A stretch of 64,000 bases of DNA, taken from sequence record MN871440.1, one strand, 5' to 3'. Under the pieces are notes generated by a model, which saw only the letters and a list, made by a program, of their open reading frames with translations, was not told where the DNA came from and made no database searches. The position numbers and the translations under genes are program-made. Positions within the stretch are counted from its first letter, which is position 1. Each line of letters opens with the position of its first letter. Below are positions 43,459 to 53,482 of the stretch, one piece after another.

Positions 43459-43866
43459 ATGAGCAGTACCGAGTATGTTGAGTATGGTGTTAAGGATGCG
43501 GCGTTTCGAGTTGATGTGCCTGCCGGTAATAAAGAACAAATTGCCGCCGCAAAACACTTTCTGAGTGTTATTGCCAAAAAACATCTTAATGATAAGACCT
43601 ATATCGCTGGTTTTTATGTTGGGAAAAAACATAAAGAAGGGTATAGTACACTTGCCACGAAACTGCGAAACTCAGGCAAAAAAGTTGGTTTTAGTTCATC
43701 CGATCTAACAAAAGCATTGATGAATGAAAGTTTTTGTGGTAATATTGATCTCGAAATCACAATACACCGTGACGTCGTGACTCAAAAGGTTATTATGTCG
43801 GTTCGAATTAAAGATAGTTCTTTGATTCATGCTTACAAACTGTTTGAAGATAAACAATCCAAATAA
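43459..43866 (+). CDS. hypothetical protein
   Basis: SD AGGAG. Confidence 0.75.
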   Translation: MSSTEYVEYGVKDAAFRVDVPAGNKEQIAAAKHFLSVIAKKHLNDKTYIAGFYVGKKHKEGYSTLATKLRNSGKKVGFSSSDLTKALMNESFCGNIDLEITIHRDVVTQKVIMSVRIKDSSLIHAYKLFEDKQSK

Positions 43867-43884
43867 GATTAGGAAATATAAATT

Positions 43885-44937
43885 ATGAAAATGTTTGACA
43901 CCATGACTCCCGATATCAAGAACGTACTGATCAAAGAGCTGTATGCGGAGGCAAAAACACCTTTGATTCAGCGCAATCACGAACAGCGCGTGAATGATGG
44001 AGAAGTTGAATATTTCGGTGATATCGATTTGTACCCGCAGTTGAAAAACTACGCTGTCGCTATCTGCAATAGCAAGACCAAAATAGAAATTGAGTGTGGT
44101 AAAGATGTTTTCATTATTAACCCGGGTGATATTTTCCTTATCGACGGAAACACACGACGCGAATTCTACATGCAACGTCGTCATGGCGTTCCAAAGATTG
44201 ACGATATGATCGAAACTGAATATGCGACCGTCGCTGTTAAGTATTTCTCCGACTCCGACACACTGGAGAAATACTACGGTACATTTGATTCAAAAGATCA
44301 GTTGAAGAAGACCAAGCACGTTAAGCAGAGTGCGGCATCACTCGCAGGTCTGAAACGCGAACCATATTTTGAAGTCACTAATGCTCTGAAAAAGGTTTGT
44401 AAGTTCAAGAAAGATAAAGACGAAACCGAAGAACAATATCTTACTCGAATGATGAAACATTTTGGGTGTGATGTTATCGATAAATTCTGTGATTTGCTTG
44501 ACGTTTACAAATCACAAACCGGTTTCATTCTGCCAAAAAGCTATGGTATTGGTTCTTGGATGATTGCTTATCGCTCGTTGCGTTTGAAATACTCAACTCG
44601 CGTTTCTGACGTTGAAAAGGCAATGCTTCGAGTTTGGACATACGACTTTAAAGATATCATCGCTGAGTATGAAGATAATCAAAAACCGGGTCGTAAATCA
44701 CCGAGTCGTTCATCCTTGCTTTCATTGGGGATTCTGTACTGCGGATTTACTTATCATGAATATCTGCAACCAGCTCGCTTGATCTTACAAGCAAAGAACG
44801 GTGGCGATAAGATCCCGGTACAAAGCATGACGATTTACACTCTGTTGTCAAACTACCTCAATGGCAACGATGCTTATAGCCGACTGCATGATTTTGACGA
44901 AGCGCGAAATATGTTTGCGTCCACTCTGACAGTGTAG
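43885..44937 (+). CDS. protein with ParB/Srx-like N-terminal motif
   Basis: FLIDGNTR. Confidence 0.55.
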   Translation: MKMFDTMTPDIKNVLIKELYAEAKTPLIQRNHEQRVNDGEVEYFGDIDLYPQLKNYAVAICNSKTKIEIECGKDVFIINPGDIFLIDGNTRREFYMQRRHGVPKIDDMIETEYATVAVKYFSDSDTLEKYYGTFDSKDQLKKTKHVKQSAASLAGLKREPYFEVTNALKKVCKFKKDKDETEEQYLTRMMKHFGCDVIDKFCDLLDVYKSQTGFILPKSYGIGSWMIAYRSLRLKYSTRVSDVEKAMLRVWTYDFKDIIAEYEDNQKPGRKSPSRSSLLSLGILYCGFTYHEYLQPARLILQAKNGGDKIPVQSMTIYTLLSNYLNGNDAYSRLHDFDEARNMFASTLTV

Positions 44938-44996
44938 TATAATGATGAAGAAATGAGGGATTTGCCCTCATTTCTTTTTCGAATTTTGGAGATTAG

Positions 44997-45866
44997 ATGA
45001 AAGTAACGCCTTTATTCAAGTGGGCAGGCGGAAAGCGCAAGATGCTTGTGAGATATGATGAAGCCATCAAGATACAAAAGCCCGCTGCTTTTGTTGATCT
45101 GTTTGGTGGTTCTGGTATCGTATCGGTTTATTTCTACAAAAAATATGGTGTTGACATCTATCTGAATGAGTTAAATCAAGATATATTCAATATCTACAGT
45201 CAAATAAAACACAACTATAAGAATTTCATCGTCAAGGTACAATCACTTGAGATCGACTATCTCAAGTTGGATCTCGCACAACGAAAACAGTTTTATTTGA
45301 ATCTCAGAGAGGACTATCACGATAACTATCAATCTCTGAGTTTTGATGACAAAACTCCGATGTTGTTTTTCATGATGTGTACGAATTTCAACGGTATATG
45401 GCAAGCCAAGAAATCGACTGGGATTTACTACACACCATTTGGAAATGGAAATCAAGTTGGTGGTGTGTATGATCGCAAAGCTATGTCCGATTTCAAAGAT
45501 ATGATCGATCATGCCGTCATTTCAAATCTATCGTATGAGCAAGTAACCGGGTTTCCCGTAAACTCGTTGGTGTTTATGGACCCGCCATACATCAATAGCT
45601 TTACCAGATATGACGATAGAAACTCGTTTGGCTATAAGTTGCAAGAAGAATCATCGCGTTATGCTTTGAATCTTATGAATAAACATAAGGTCATTTTCTG
45701 CAACAAAAAACATCAACTGTTTGATGAAACGTTTGGAATTGATCGCATTGTTGATTTTGCGGTTACATATACCGGTGGTTCAAAGACGAAAAGCGATCAT
45801 GAGATTATTGCCACAAACGTCGAGAAAAAAGAAAAATCTTCTTTGATGAAAATGTTTGACATCTGA
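44997..45866 (+). CDS. dam: DNA adenine methyltransferase (Dam/D12 class)
   Basis: KWAGGKR; DLFGGSG; LNELN; DPPY. Confidence 0.92.
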   Translation: MKVTPLFKWAGGKRKMLVRYDEAIKIQKPAAFVDLFGGSGIVSVYFYKKYGVDIYLNELNQDIFNIYSQIKHNYKNFIVKVQSLEIDYLKLDLAQRKQFYLNLREDYHDNYQSLSFDDKTPMLFFMMCTNFNGIWQAKKSTGIYYTPFGNGNQVGGVYDRKAMSDFKDMIDHAVISNLSYEQVTGFPVNSLVFMDPPYINSFTRYDDRNSFGYKLQEESSRYALNLMNKHKVIFCNKKHQLFDETFGIDRIVDFAVTYTGGSKTKSDHEIIATNVEKKEKSSLMKMFDI

Positions 45867-45911
45867 TTCGTGCGAGTGTAAGATAGCTCTACTTTCTGAG
45901 AGGAGCTTATC

Positions 45912-46145
45912 ATGAAATATGTTTTCACTGTAGTTGTACCGACCGAGCGTTATATCTCCATCACCAACAACAACGAAATTCTGTTGGTTGATACTGTGAT
46001 GAAAGCTGTAGCTGTTCGCTCTAAAGCTGGTGATGTAATCGGTTTTAACGCAACAACAACGATTGAAGATTTTAAGAAAGCTTGTCGTCTTGAAACAAAA
46101 CTGAAAAACAACGGGTTTCACGTTGTAATCAGAAAAGTAGATTAA
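45912..46145 (+). CDS. hypothetical protein
   Basis: SD GAGGAG. Confidence 0.7.
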   Translation: MKYVFTVVVPTERYISITNNNEILLVDTVMKAVAVRSKAGDVIGFNATTTIEDFKKACRLETKLKNNGFHVVIRKVD

Positions 46146-46259
46146 AAAGTCGGGGACTTGTTCCCCACTTTCTTAAAACTTTTACAAGAGGGTTAAGAAA
46201 GTGGAAACACTGACAATAATACTTATCATGGCATTATGCCTATTCTGTTTGAGGTACAA

Positions 46260-46583
46260 ATGAAAAAATCAATTCTGGCTATCGCTCTGTTTTCTATGAT
46301 CGGTTCTGCTAACGCTGCTATTAGCATGAGTCGTCCAATGACTATCAGCCGACCGATGACCGTATCGCGTCCAGTCTCAGTTAGCGCACCGGTTCGCCCT
46401 GCTACTACAGTGAGCAATGTCGCAGTTCATACCAACACTGCCGCAAACGTGGTAACTACCATGATGCTTATGAATGCTATGCAGAATGGTAACGATCAAC
46501 AAGTCGATAATGGTACTAACGAAGAAGAGGTGCTGTGTGATGATTCCGTTCTTCCCGAAGAATGTGAAGAATCTGGCAACTAA
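46260..46583 (+). CDS. exported low-complexity protein
   Basis: Signal peptide; SRPM(T) repeats. Confidence 0.75.
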   Translation: MKKSILAIALFSMIGSANAAISMSRPMTISRPMTVSRPVSVSAPVRPATTVSNVAVHTNTAANVVTTMMLMNAMQNGNDQQVDNGTNEEEVLCDDSVLPEECEESGN

Positions 46584-47073
46584 GATAGCAATGGCGTTTG
46601 TGGTTTGTTCTGCAAACGCCGCTATTGTAGATCAGTCGGATTTCTATAATCAGTTGATTGCCAACAATAAGGAAGCGGTTGCTTGTTCTGGCGTTGGCGT
46701 CAATCAGTTTTACACTATTTCATTTTATATCAAAGATCATACTACAGTGATGGAGGTAACTGAGAACTTTAATAAAAAGGTTTTGTTTCAGTTGCCGAAA
46801 CGAGAGGACCACGATAAGTTTGTTAGGTTTATCGAGAGATCGAATTCTATCGTAACCGAATCCGTGTTCAAATCTAAAGACATTCAAGTCGGTCGAATGA
46901 AAATCAATGATTCAAGACTTGGTGTTAGAACGTCAAAAGAGAACGTGATTTTTGATATGAATAGCGACGGTGATTTTACCACGTTGACTATCAAGAAAGA
47001 AAAACTTGGTGAGCTAATTCAGTGTGTAAAAAACGTGGATTATGCGAGAAAAGTCCTTGACGTAGAATACTGA
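46564..47073 (+). CDS. exported protein
   Basis: GTG 46564 gives signal peptide MKNLATKIAMAFVVCSANA. Confidence 0.65.
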   Translation: MKNLATKIAMAFVVCSANAAIVDQSDFYNQLIANNKEAVACSGVGVNQFYTISFYIKDHTTVMEVTENFNKKVLFQLPKREDHDKFVRFIERSNSIVTESVFKSKDIQVGRMKINDSRLGVRTSKENVIFDMNSDGDFTTLTIKKEKLGELIQCVKNVDYARKVLDVEY

Positions 47074-47114
47074 TCTGTTAAGATAGCTACATCAAAACAA
47101 AAGAGGAATACATC

Positions 47115-47339
47115 ATGTTGGCTCAAATCTCCGCTATCGAAACCGTGAAATACATCAATCTTGATCTGGACAATCAGAATGAAATGAATGTCCACATGAA
47201 GAACGGTCGAGTTTTTACTGTAGCACAACGCGAAGATGAAGATTACGGCACGGTGTTTAGTGTCAATGATGAATCTGGTGTTGGCGTGGAATCTGCTAAC
47301 TTTGGCGACATCGTTGATTATATCAAAGCGGAGGCTTAA
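47115..47339 (+). CDS. hypothetical protein
   Basis: After promoter TTGACG 47057; SD GAGG. Confidence 0.75.
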   Translation: MLAQISAIETVKYINLDLDNQNEMNVHMKNGRVFTVAQREDEDYGTVFSVNDESGVGVESANFGDIVDYIKAEA

Positions 47340-47341
47340 TA

Positions 47342-48220
47342 ATGAAAAAAGAACGTAAGCAGGTATTCAAGGACAAGAAATTCAAAAACTTCGTTGTTCG
47401 TATGAATCAGATCCTGTTCTGTGAAAACGTGACTATCGACGGTAAGACTCAGACCCGTGCGTTTGACGGTAATATGTTTTCCAGTACCAATCTGGTCCGT
47501 ATTGCATCCGCATTCGTAGCGATGTTTGGTACCGATAGTTTCTTTAGCAAATCGTTGTATAACAACGTCAATGCGGAATATGACCAATACGAAAAATTGC
47601 GCCCGATTTGGCCTAGTCTTCAAACGAGCATTTGGCAATATCGTGTGATTTCTCCTACGCAAATCGCATTGTATTTCAAATCACAAGTTCCTGAGAAGCT
47701 GCTTAATTCAAATCTCGGCAAACACTTCTCTATGGAGAACTGGGGATTCAAAGACGGCGAAACCGGTATGCGTGTCTGGCACTGTGACCCAACACAATAT
47801 AAGAGTCGTGTTGTTATCACTGTTCCTGTGTTTGGTGAAAACAAACTGTTTGATGTTCGCACGGATAAAAATTCAATAGGCTTTGATATCTGCTATAAAA
47901 ACACCAGAACCGAGAACGTCCGAACTCTGGAAGAAATGAGCAAGAAAGAAGTTCAAAGTCAAGATGTTTTTAATATCGATTTCGAAAAAGTTCTGCCTGG
48001 TTTCGCTCAACTTCAAGAACTGGAGCGTGTTGTTGAATCTAAGAGTGTCAACGTGAAGCAGTTCAAGCAACTGTTGGCACAAGCACAATCACAGCTTGAT
48101 CAGGCTGTTGCAGAACAACAACAAGCATATGCAGAATATCATGAGGTGATGTTGACTTTGCAACCGAAAATCACTATCATGACTCAAATTCTCGACAAAT
48201 ACAGCTTTAAGGAAGCGTAA
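47342..48220 (+). CDS. hypothetical protein with C-terminal coiled coil
   Basis: Long ORF, SD GGAGG. Confidence 0.8.
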   Translation: MKKERKQVFKDKKFKNFVVRMNQILFCENVTIDGKTQTRAFDGNMFSSTNLVRIASAFVAMFGTDSFFSKSLYNNVNAEYDQYEKLRPIWPSLQTSIWQYRVISPTQIALYFKSQVPEKLLNSNLGKHFSMENWGFKDGETGMRVWHCDPTQYKSRVVITVPVFGENKLFDVRTDKNSIGFDICYKNTRTENVRTLEEMSKKEVQSQDVFNIDFEKVLPGFAQLQELERVVESKSVNVKQFKQLLAQAQSQLDQAVAEQQQAYAEYHEVMLTLQPKITIMTQILDKYSFKEA

Positions 48221-49011
48221 TGAGCAGTCAAGTAAAATCAAATCGGAATAAGATGAAAGAATCAATCAAGAATCATAACGCTTGTCGTGCGATTCTGAAT
48301 CACATCTTTTTCAAGAATGTTACCGTAAAAGGTCAAACCATTCGCGTGTATAACGATTATACCGCCGAACACGTAAAGAAAGCTGATCGTCTTGAAACCA
48401 ATCTCAACATGAAACGTAAGTTCTATCGTGCATTTGGTGATGAAGCTGTGGTGTGTGATACTGCGTCTGTTGTTCGCGCTATCAATCAGTTTGCATCGTT
48501 TCACTGTATTCGTATGGTCATTCGTTCCAAATACGTGAATCATATGGAAAACTCCAACATGGTTAAGTTGGGGTATGCCAAGATTGTGAACGGTGTTATT
48601 CAACTGGATGCTCACATCTTTATGTCTCCGGATCTGAAAACACTGAAACCGCTGAAAATGATGCCGTATCTTAAACAAGAAAACAAAGAATTGGTTGCTG
48701 CCGATCTGGTGAAACCATACAAAAAGGAAGAAACTGTGGAAGTAGTACAACTGGATGAACCGACCATCACTTCTTCTCTGCCTCCGGTCAGTGAGAACGA
48801 AATGAAGCGTCAGTATCTGGTAAGCGTGAATCGTTTCATCGAACTGAATCACGGTGAGAAGTTTGACCGTATTCGTTTGCTGAATGAGAAGATGCGACTG
48901 CACGACGCTGAAATTGAGCGTCTTCGTAAAGAGCGAGTCGAAATGGCAAAAGAAGAACAAGCAATCATCGAAGAAATCAACAAAGCTCGTTCAAATCTTC
49001 TGACATTCTAA
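48220..49011 (+). CDS. hypothetical protein with C-terminal coiled coil
   Basis: TAATG coupling. Confidence 0.8.
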   Translation: MSSQVKSNRNKMKESIKNHNACRAILNHIFFKNVTVKGQTIRVYNDYTAEHVKKADRLETNLNMKRKFYRAFGDEAVVCDTASVVRAINQFASFHCIRMVIRSKYVNHMENSNMVKLGYAKIVNGVIQLDAHIFMSPDLKTLKPLKMMPYLKQENKELVAADLVKPYKKEETVEVVQLDEPTITSSLPPVSENEMKRQYLVSVNRFIELNHGEKFDRIRLLNEKMRLHDAEIERLRKERVEMAKEEQAIIEEINKARSNLLTF

Positions 49012-49072
49012 GTTTACAAGCGCGTGACATTGTGGTAAATTACAGTCACGCGCTTTTTATTGGAGGAATTTA

Positions 49073-50251
49073 ATGAGTCTCGAACAATTTACCGACGAAA
49101 GTGGATATATCACTCGCGAAACCAAAGTTGAACTCGACGCTATTGTCGTTGAAGTAACCAAGCAAATGGATTTTGAGTTTGATGGAACTACCACTACCAA
49201 GATCAAGAATCTGATGCCACATGAAGTACCGAAAGAATACGGCATTGGTTTGATTGTTGGTCCAAGTGGTAGTGGTAAGTCAACCATTCTTCGTAATTTC
49301 GGTATCGAAAAAGAAGTAAAGTGGGAACACAACAAAGCGATTGCTTCACACTTTGATAGTGTTGAAGATGCGCAAGAACGACTTGGTGCCGTTGGTTTCA
49401 ACTCTGTTCCGCACTGGGCAAAACCGTTTCATTCTCTTTCTAATGGTCAACAGTTTCGCGCTAACTTGGCCCGTAGTCTGGTTGATAATACCGTTATTGA
49501 CGAGTTTACATCGGTTGTTGACCGTAACGTTGCTATTTCTTGCTCAAAGAGTATCAGAAAATACGTTGATCGTACTGGCATCAAAGGTCTTGTGTTTGCG
49601 TCTTGTCACTATGATATCATCGAGTGGCTGCAACCGGATTGGGTGTTTGACGTATCGAATGAGCAACTAATTATTCGGGGGTCGGAAAGGCGGTTTCCAG
49701 CGATTGCGCTCGACATCACACCTGTATCAGCAAAAGCCTACTCAGATCTTGGGTTTGCCGACCATCACTATCTCTCTCGCGAAATCAACGTGGCAAGCCA
49801 TTGTTACTTGATGAAATGGGGTGATGTACCGGTTGGATTCGTTAGTATTCTCCCGTTGCCATCTGGCACAGTCAAAGATGCGTGGATTGCACATCGTCTT
49901 GTTGTGCTTCCAGACTTTCAGGGAATGGGGATTGGTCCGAAGATGACGGAAGCCGTCGCCTACCAGCTTCTGGCGAGAGGTAAGAGATTCTATACTCGTA
50001 CCACTAACCCTAAGCTCGGAGAGTACCACGAACGTTCTATCAAGTGGAAAGCGACGTCCAGCAATAGAACACCAGTTACACCAAACAAAATGATGAAACA
50101 CTCGGTCGATCCCAAGTTTGTGAAAGATCGCGTTAGTTATTCTCATGAGTTTATTGGTGTTCCGTCTGAACTCGAAGCGTATAAGAAAGCAATCGAAGCA
50201 CACGATAAAGAAAATGCTAAATCTGGGCTTGATTTTATGTTTGGTATCTAA
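49073..50251 (+). CDS. ABC-type ATPase fused to GNAT acetyltransferase
   Basis: GPSGSGKST; LSNGQ; IDEF; RLVVLPDFQGMGIG. Confidence 0.9.
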   Translation: MSLEQFTDESGYITRETKVELDAIVVEVTKQMDFEFDGTTTTKIKNLMPHEVPKEYGIGLIVGPSGSGKSTILRNFGIEKEVKWEHNKAIASHFDSVEDAQERLGAVGFNSVPHWAKPFHSLSNGQQFRANLARSLVDNTVIDEFTSVVDRNVAISCSKSIRKYVDRTGIKGLVFASCHYDIIEWLQPDWVFDVSNEQLIIRGSERRFPAIALDITPVSAKAYSDLGFADHHYLSREINVASHCYLMKWGDVPVGFVSILPLPSGTVKDAWIAHRLVVLPDFQGMGIGPKMTEAVAYQLLARGKRFYTRTTNPKLGEYHERSIKWKATSSNRTPVTPNKMMKHSVDPKFVKDRVSYSHEFIGVPSELEAYKKAIEAHDKENAKSGLDFMFGI

Positions 50252-50290
50252 TATAGTGAGAGGGTTAAAAGCCCTCTCATTGGAGAAATT

Positions 50291-50986
50291 ATGAACGAAA
50301 AACGAAAGTTGGTTGCTCGCAATCAGTGGTACAAATTTCTGAATATTGCGTGTGAAACTCATACCAAGCCAGCTGGAACTAAAGTCGATATCGACCCAGC
50401 GAAGTTCCGCAAAAACATCAGACGCTATACAGAAAACATGATCGGTAGTCGTCCGTTCAGCAAAGCGCATCTGAACGAACTGTTTGGCGCATATATTGAA
50501 GACGGTCGAATCCCAGAGTTGATGGGTGTTAATGTAACGAAACTTGACGAAGGCATAATTGTTAATATCGTTGAGTTTGAATTCAGTCGTGGTAGTCAAT
50601 CTATCATTGACGAGATTTTCATTCGAATGAAAGATTTTTCTCCTTTCGCGGCAAAGCGCACCGATTATGGATTCAAAATGAACGTTCGTATACCCGAACG
50701 CAAAATCGATTTGCTACAAAAAGCTACTAAGCAACCGAAACCGGAGATCATCGCTAAAGTGGAAAAGGACATCAAAGAAGTTTCTACCGACATTTTGAAA
50801 CTTCAAATCAAACAAATTGAAGCTGAAATCAAGCGACGTCATGCACTCGAACTCGATGTAATGATGAATGATTATATCGTCGAACGTGGTAAGCTGGTAA
50901 AAATGAACATCGCTATTATGAAGATTGCGAAAGAGTTCGGCATGGAGCGCGAATACAGCGAGCGATTGAGCACTCATGCGCTTTGA
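50291..50986 (+). CDS. hypothetical protein
   Basis: SD GGAG. Confidence 0.8.
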   Translation: MNEKRKLVARNQWYKFLNIACETHTKPAGTKVDIDPAKFRKNIRRYTENMIGSRPFSKAHLNELFGAYIEDGRIPELMGVNVTKLDEGIIVNIVEFEFSRGSQSIIDEIFIRMKDFSPFAAKRTDYGFKMNVRIPERKIDLLQKATKQPKPEIIAKVEKDIKEVSTDILKLQIKQIEAEIKRRHALELDVMMNDYIVERGKLVKMNIAIMKIAKEFGMEREYSERLSTHAL

Positions 50987-52223
50987 TTATATGATCGCAA
51001 ACCCGCCATATAGTGCGGGTTTGCACGTTGACTTTGTTAACTTAGGGGTAAAGAAATGTGATGTCACAATCGCTGTGCATCCGTCTGGCCCCTTTGTAAA
51101 CAGAAAGCCGACCCGACAAACAAAGCGAGTTGCTGAACTTCTTGGCAACATGAAAGCGCACAAAACGAGTATTCATTTGTTCGACGGTAACGCCGTTTTC
51201 AAAGCTGGGTTTCTGACTCCGCTTAGTATAACTGTTATTGATACCACAAAGAAATCAGATCTAATCGATGTCTCTGGATATTACACTGCTAAATTGCCTT
51301 TAGACAAAATCAATATGCTTGGCGATTGGTGTTCTGATGTCTATGACAAGATGAAATATCCTAGCGTAGCGCATATGGAATGCTCCGGTGAGGTTATTGG
51401 CGCAAGTCATTACGTCACTATAGCGAGTGTTAGAGGACACCCACCAGAAGCTGGCAAACGCTTTAATTCTGATTTCTTTACCATGTTTCCGACCGACTAC
51501 GTTCCGACAACTGAAATGCCTAAGCGTGGTCAAAACTTTGCATTCAAAACGTTAGAAGAGGCAGAGAACTTTGTTGCTTATCTGAAAACAGATTTCGCTA
51601 GATTCATGCTTTCTTTGTATAAGATGAACATTCATCTTGACAGCGGAGAACTGAATGCGATACCATGGTTAGATATGACCAGACGCTGGACTGATGATGA
51701 ACTATTTGAGAAATTTGAATTAACTCATATCAGACATAAAGTGCCGGAAGTAATCGAAGATTACTATTCTGGTATCAGACACAAAACGAAAGTTGTTGAT
51801 GAAACCAGAAACTTCACTAGCACAATCGAGCGAGAACGTCAAAAGAAAACGGCAGAATTCTTTACTCCGATTGAAATCGTTAATCAGATGTTAGATTATA
51901 CGGACATCGATGATCCGAATTCAGGTTCGACTTTCTTTGAGCCATCGTGCGGTGACGGTAACATACTCGAAGGTATTGTAAAGCGTATGCTCAACGCTGG
52001 TCAGGATGCTACCAGAATCGTTTCTCGTATCTACGCTTGCGAGTATATGCTGGACAATAGAAACGCTGCCATAGAGCGTTTGGTTGCGTTGCTTGGTGAA
52101 GAACAACGTTCGCAGTTAGAATATTGTATTGCTTATTGCAACACACTAGACGAAACTGATACCAGCGATGATAGAGAATATCCGTCTTGGCTGAAAGATA
52201 CAATGTGGACGCTTGACATATGA
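50976..52223 (+). CDS. N6-adenine DNA methyltransferase with permuted motif order
   Basis: N-terminal IANPPY; C-terminal AEFFTP, FEPSCGDGN, YACE. Confidence 0.85.
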   Translation: MRFDYMIANPPYSAGLHVDFVNLGVKKCDVTIAVHPSGPFVNRKPTRQTKRVAELLGNMKAHKTSIHLFDGNAVFKAGFLTPLSITVIDTTKKSDLIDVSGYYTAKLPLDKINMLGDWCSDVYDKMKYPSVAHMECSGEVIGASHYVTIASVRGHPPEAGKRFNSDFFTMFPTDYVPTTEMPKRGQNFAFKTLEEAENFVAYLKTDFARFMLSLYKMNIHLDSGELNAIPWLDMTRRWTDDELFEKFELTHIRHKVPEVIEDYYSGIRHKTKVVDETRNFTSTIERERQKKTAEFFTPIEIVNQMLDYTDIDDPNSGSTFFEPSCGDGNILEGIVKRMLNAGQDATRIVSRIYACEYMLDNRNAAIERLVALLGEEQRSQLEYCIAYCNTLDETDTSDDREYPSWLKDTMWTLDI

Positions 52224-52708
52224 AAGAACTGAGAGTATTGTTTCTCGATGTTGATGGCGTTTATCATTCTGATTCTAGCTATCTGAAATATGGACAAATG
52301 GTAGATATAGGGGCTGTAAAGCTCCTATCAAAACTTATCGTTGACTACAATTTGAAAGTGGTATACAGTAGCACTTGGAGACTTGGCTGTGATGTTCAGA
52401 TGGTGAGAGATCATCTAGCACTAGCTGGATTTCCTCCCGGATGTCTGCACGAAGATTTCAAGACTCGGGATCTCGTTGGTGAACATCGCGGAGAGCTAAT
52501 CAAAGAATGGTTAGACAAACACCTCGATTGTAAAAAGTATGTTATCATTGACGATGATGACGATATGTTGGAATCACAAAAAGAAAATTTCATTCACGTT
52601 GATAGTGCTAATGGCTTTACAGTCAAGGACTATTATCGTGCCAGAAGTGTATTTGATGGTTATAGGACTACGCAATGTCAGGAACACAAGAACATGGGTC
52701 GGATCTGA
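52220..52708 (+). CDS. HAD phosphatase, Swiss-army-knife RNA-repair-like type
   Basis: LFLDVDGV; VYSSTWR; YVIIDDD. Confidence 0.85.
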   Translation: MKELRVLFLDVDGVYHSDSSYLKYGQMVDIGAVKLLSKLIVDYNLKVVYSSTWRLGCDVQMVRDHLALAGFPPGCLHEDFKTRDLVGEHRGELIKEWLDKHLDCKKYVIIDDDDDMLESQKENFIHVDSANGFTVKDYYRARSVFDGYRTTQCQEHKNMGRI

Positions 52709-52908
52709 AAAAAGATGTTGACACCGAGGCAGAATCCAGTAAACTTAATCTCAACGAACAGATAAAAGCTTATCTGAAAGAAAATCTGAATGTATCGCTT
52801 TATACACAATGCGGTCGAATCCGCGTTGATATAAACATCGGAGACGAAACGATTTCAAGCAGTTCCGAATACATTTGTGACATGATCAATCAAAAGGATG
52901 AATGGTAA
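52675..52908 (+). CDS. hypothetical protein
   Basis: Paralog of next ORF (I..YL...L...ISSS.EY). Confidence 0.65.
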   Translation: MSGTQEHGSDLKKDVDTEAESSKLNLNEQIKAYLKENLNVSLYTQCGRIRVDINIGDETISSSSEYICDMINQKDEW

Positions 52909-53096
52909 TGAGCGATAAAGACAAAGAACGCTGCCGTCATGACAATGGCTGGTTTGAAGAGAAAATTCAGGAATATCTGGAACAACATCTGAGCATCAAT
53001 ATTAACCGTCGTCATGGTTATTATAATGATGTCACTTTGGAAGTGTCGATCACTCTGAACGGTAAAGAAATCAGTTCTTCAACGGAGTATCTGTAA
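52902..53096 (+). CDS. hypothetical protein
   Basis: Paralog of previous ORF. Confidence 0.7.
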   Translation: MVMSDKDKERCRHDNGWFEEKIQEYLEQHLSININRRHGYYNDVTLEVSITLNGKEISSSTEYL

Positions 53097-53425
53097 TGAA
53101 TCTGAAACGCGAAAAAGTTTATGAAATCTCGGTTGCTACCGACGAGCGTCAATCCGATGTGTTCTGTTACTCAACCAACGAATCTCTGGGGCTGGAATTG
53201 TCTAAGGGTAAAGGTTGGTATGGTGGTAATGGTGCTTGCTACTCTGGTGCAAAAGATGTAATGACTTTTGATATCGACGGCGAAGAATTCAGCTTCCTAG
53301 TTAAAAATCGCATTACCGTTATTCGCAAACGCGAAGACTATGAAACAAAAATCAAAAATGAGAAGAAAGCCGCGGCACTTGCTAAACTGAGTGACGAAGA
53401 AAAGAAAATTCTTGGCTTAATCTAG
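53096..53425 (+). CDS. hypothetical protein
   Basis: C-terminal ALAKLSDEEKKILGL. Confidence 0.8.
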   Translation: MNLKREKVYEISVATDERQSDVFCYSTNESLGLELSKGKGWYGGNGACYSGAKDVMTFDIDGEEFSFLVKNRITVIRKREDYETKIKNEKKAAALAKLSDEEKKILGLI

Positions 53426-53482
53426 TTGACATCAGGTCCTGTTCATGTAGAATAGGACCTATCTTATCAAGAGGAATATATC
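53426..53482 (+). promoter_or_regulatory. early promoter, -10 inside inverted repeat
   Basis: TTGACA-N16-TAGAAT; AGGTCCT/AGGACCT. Confidence 0.8.
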
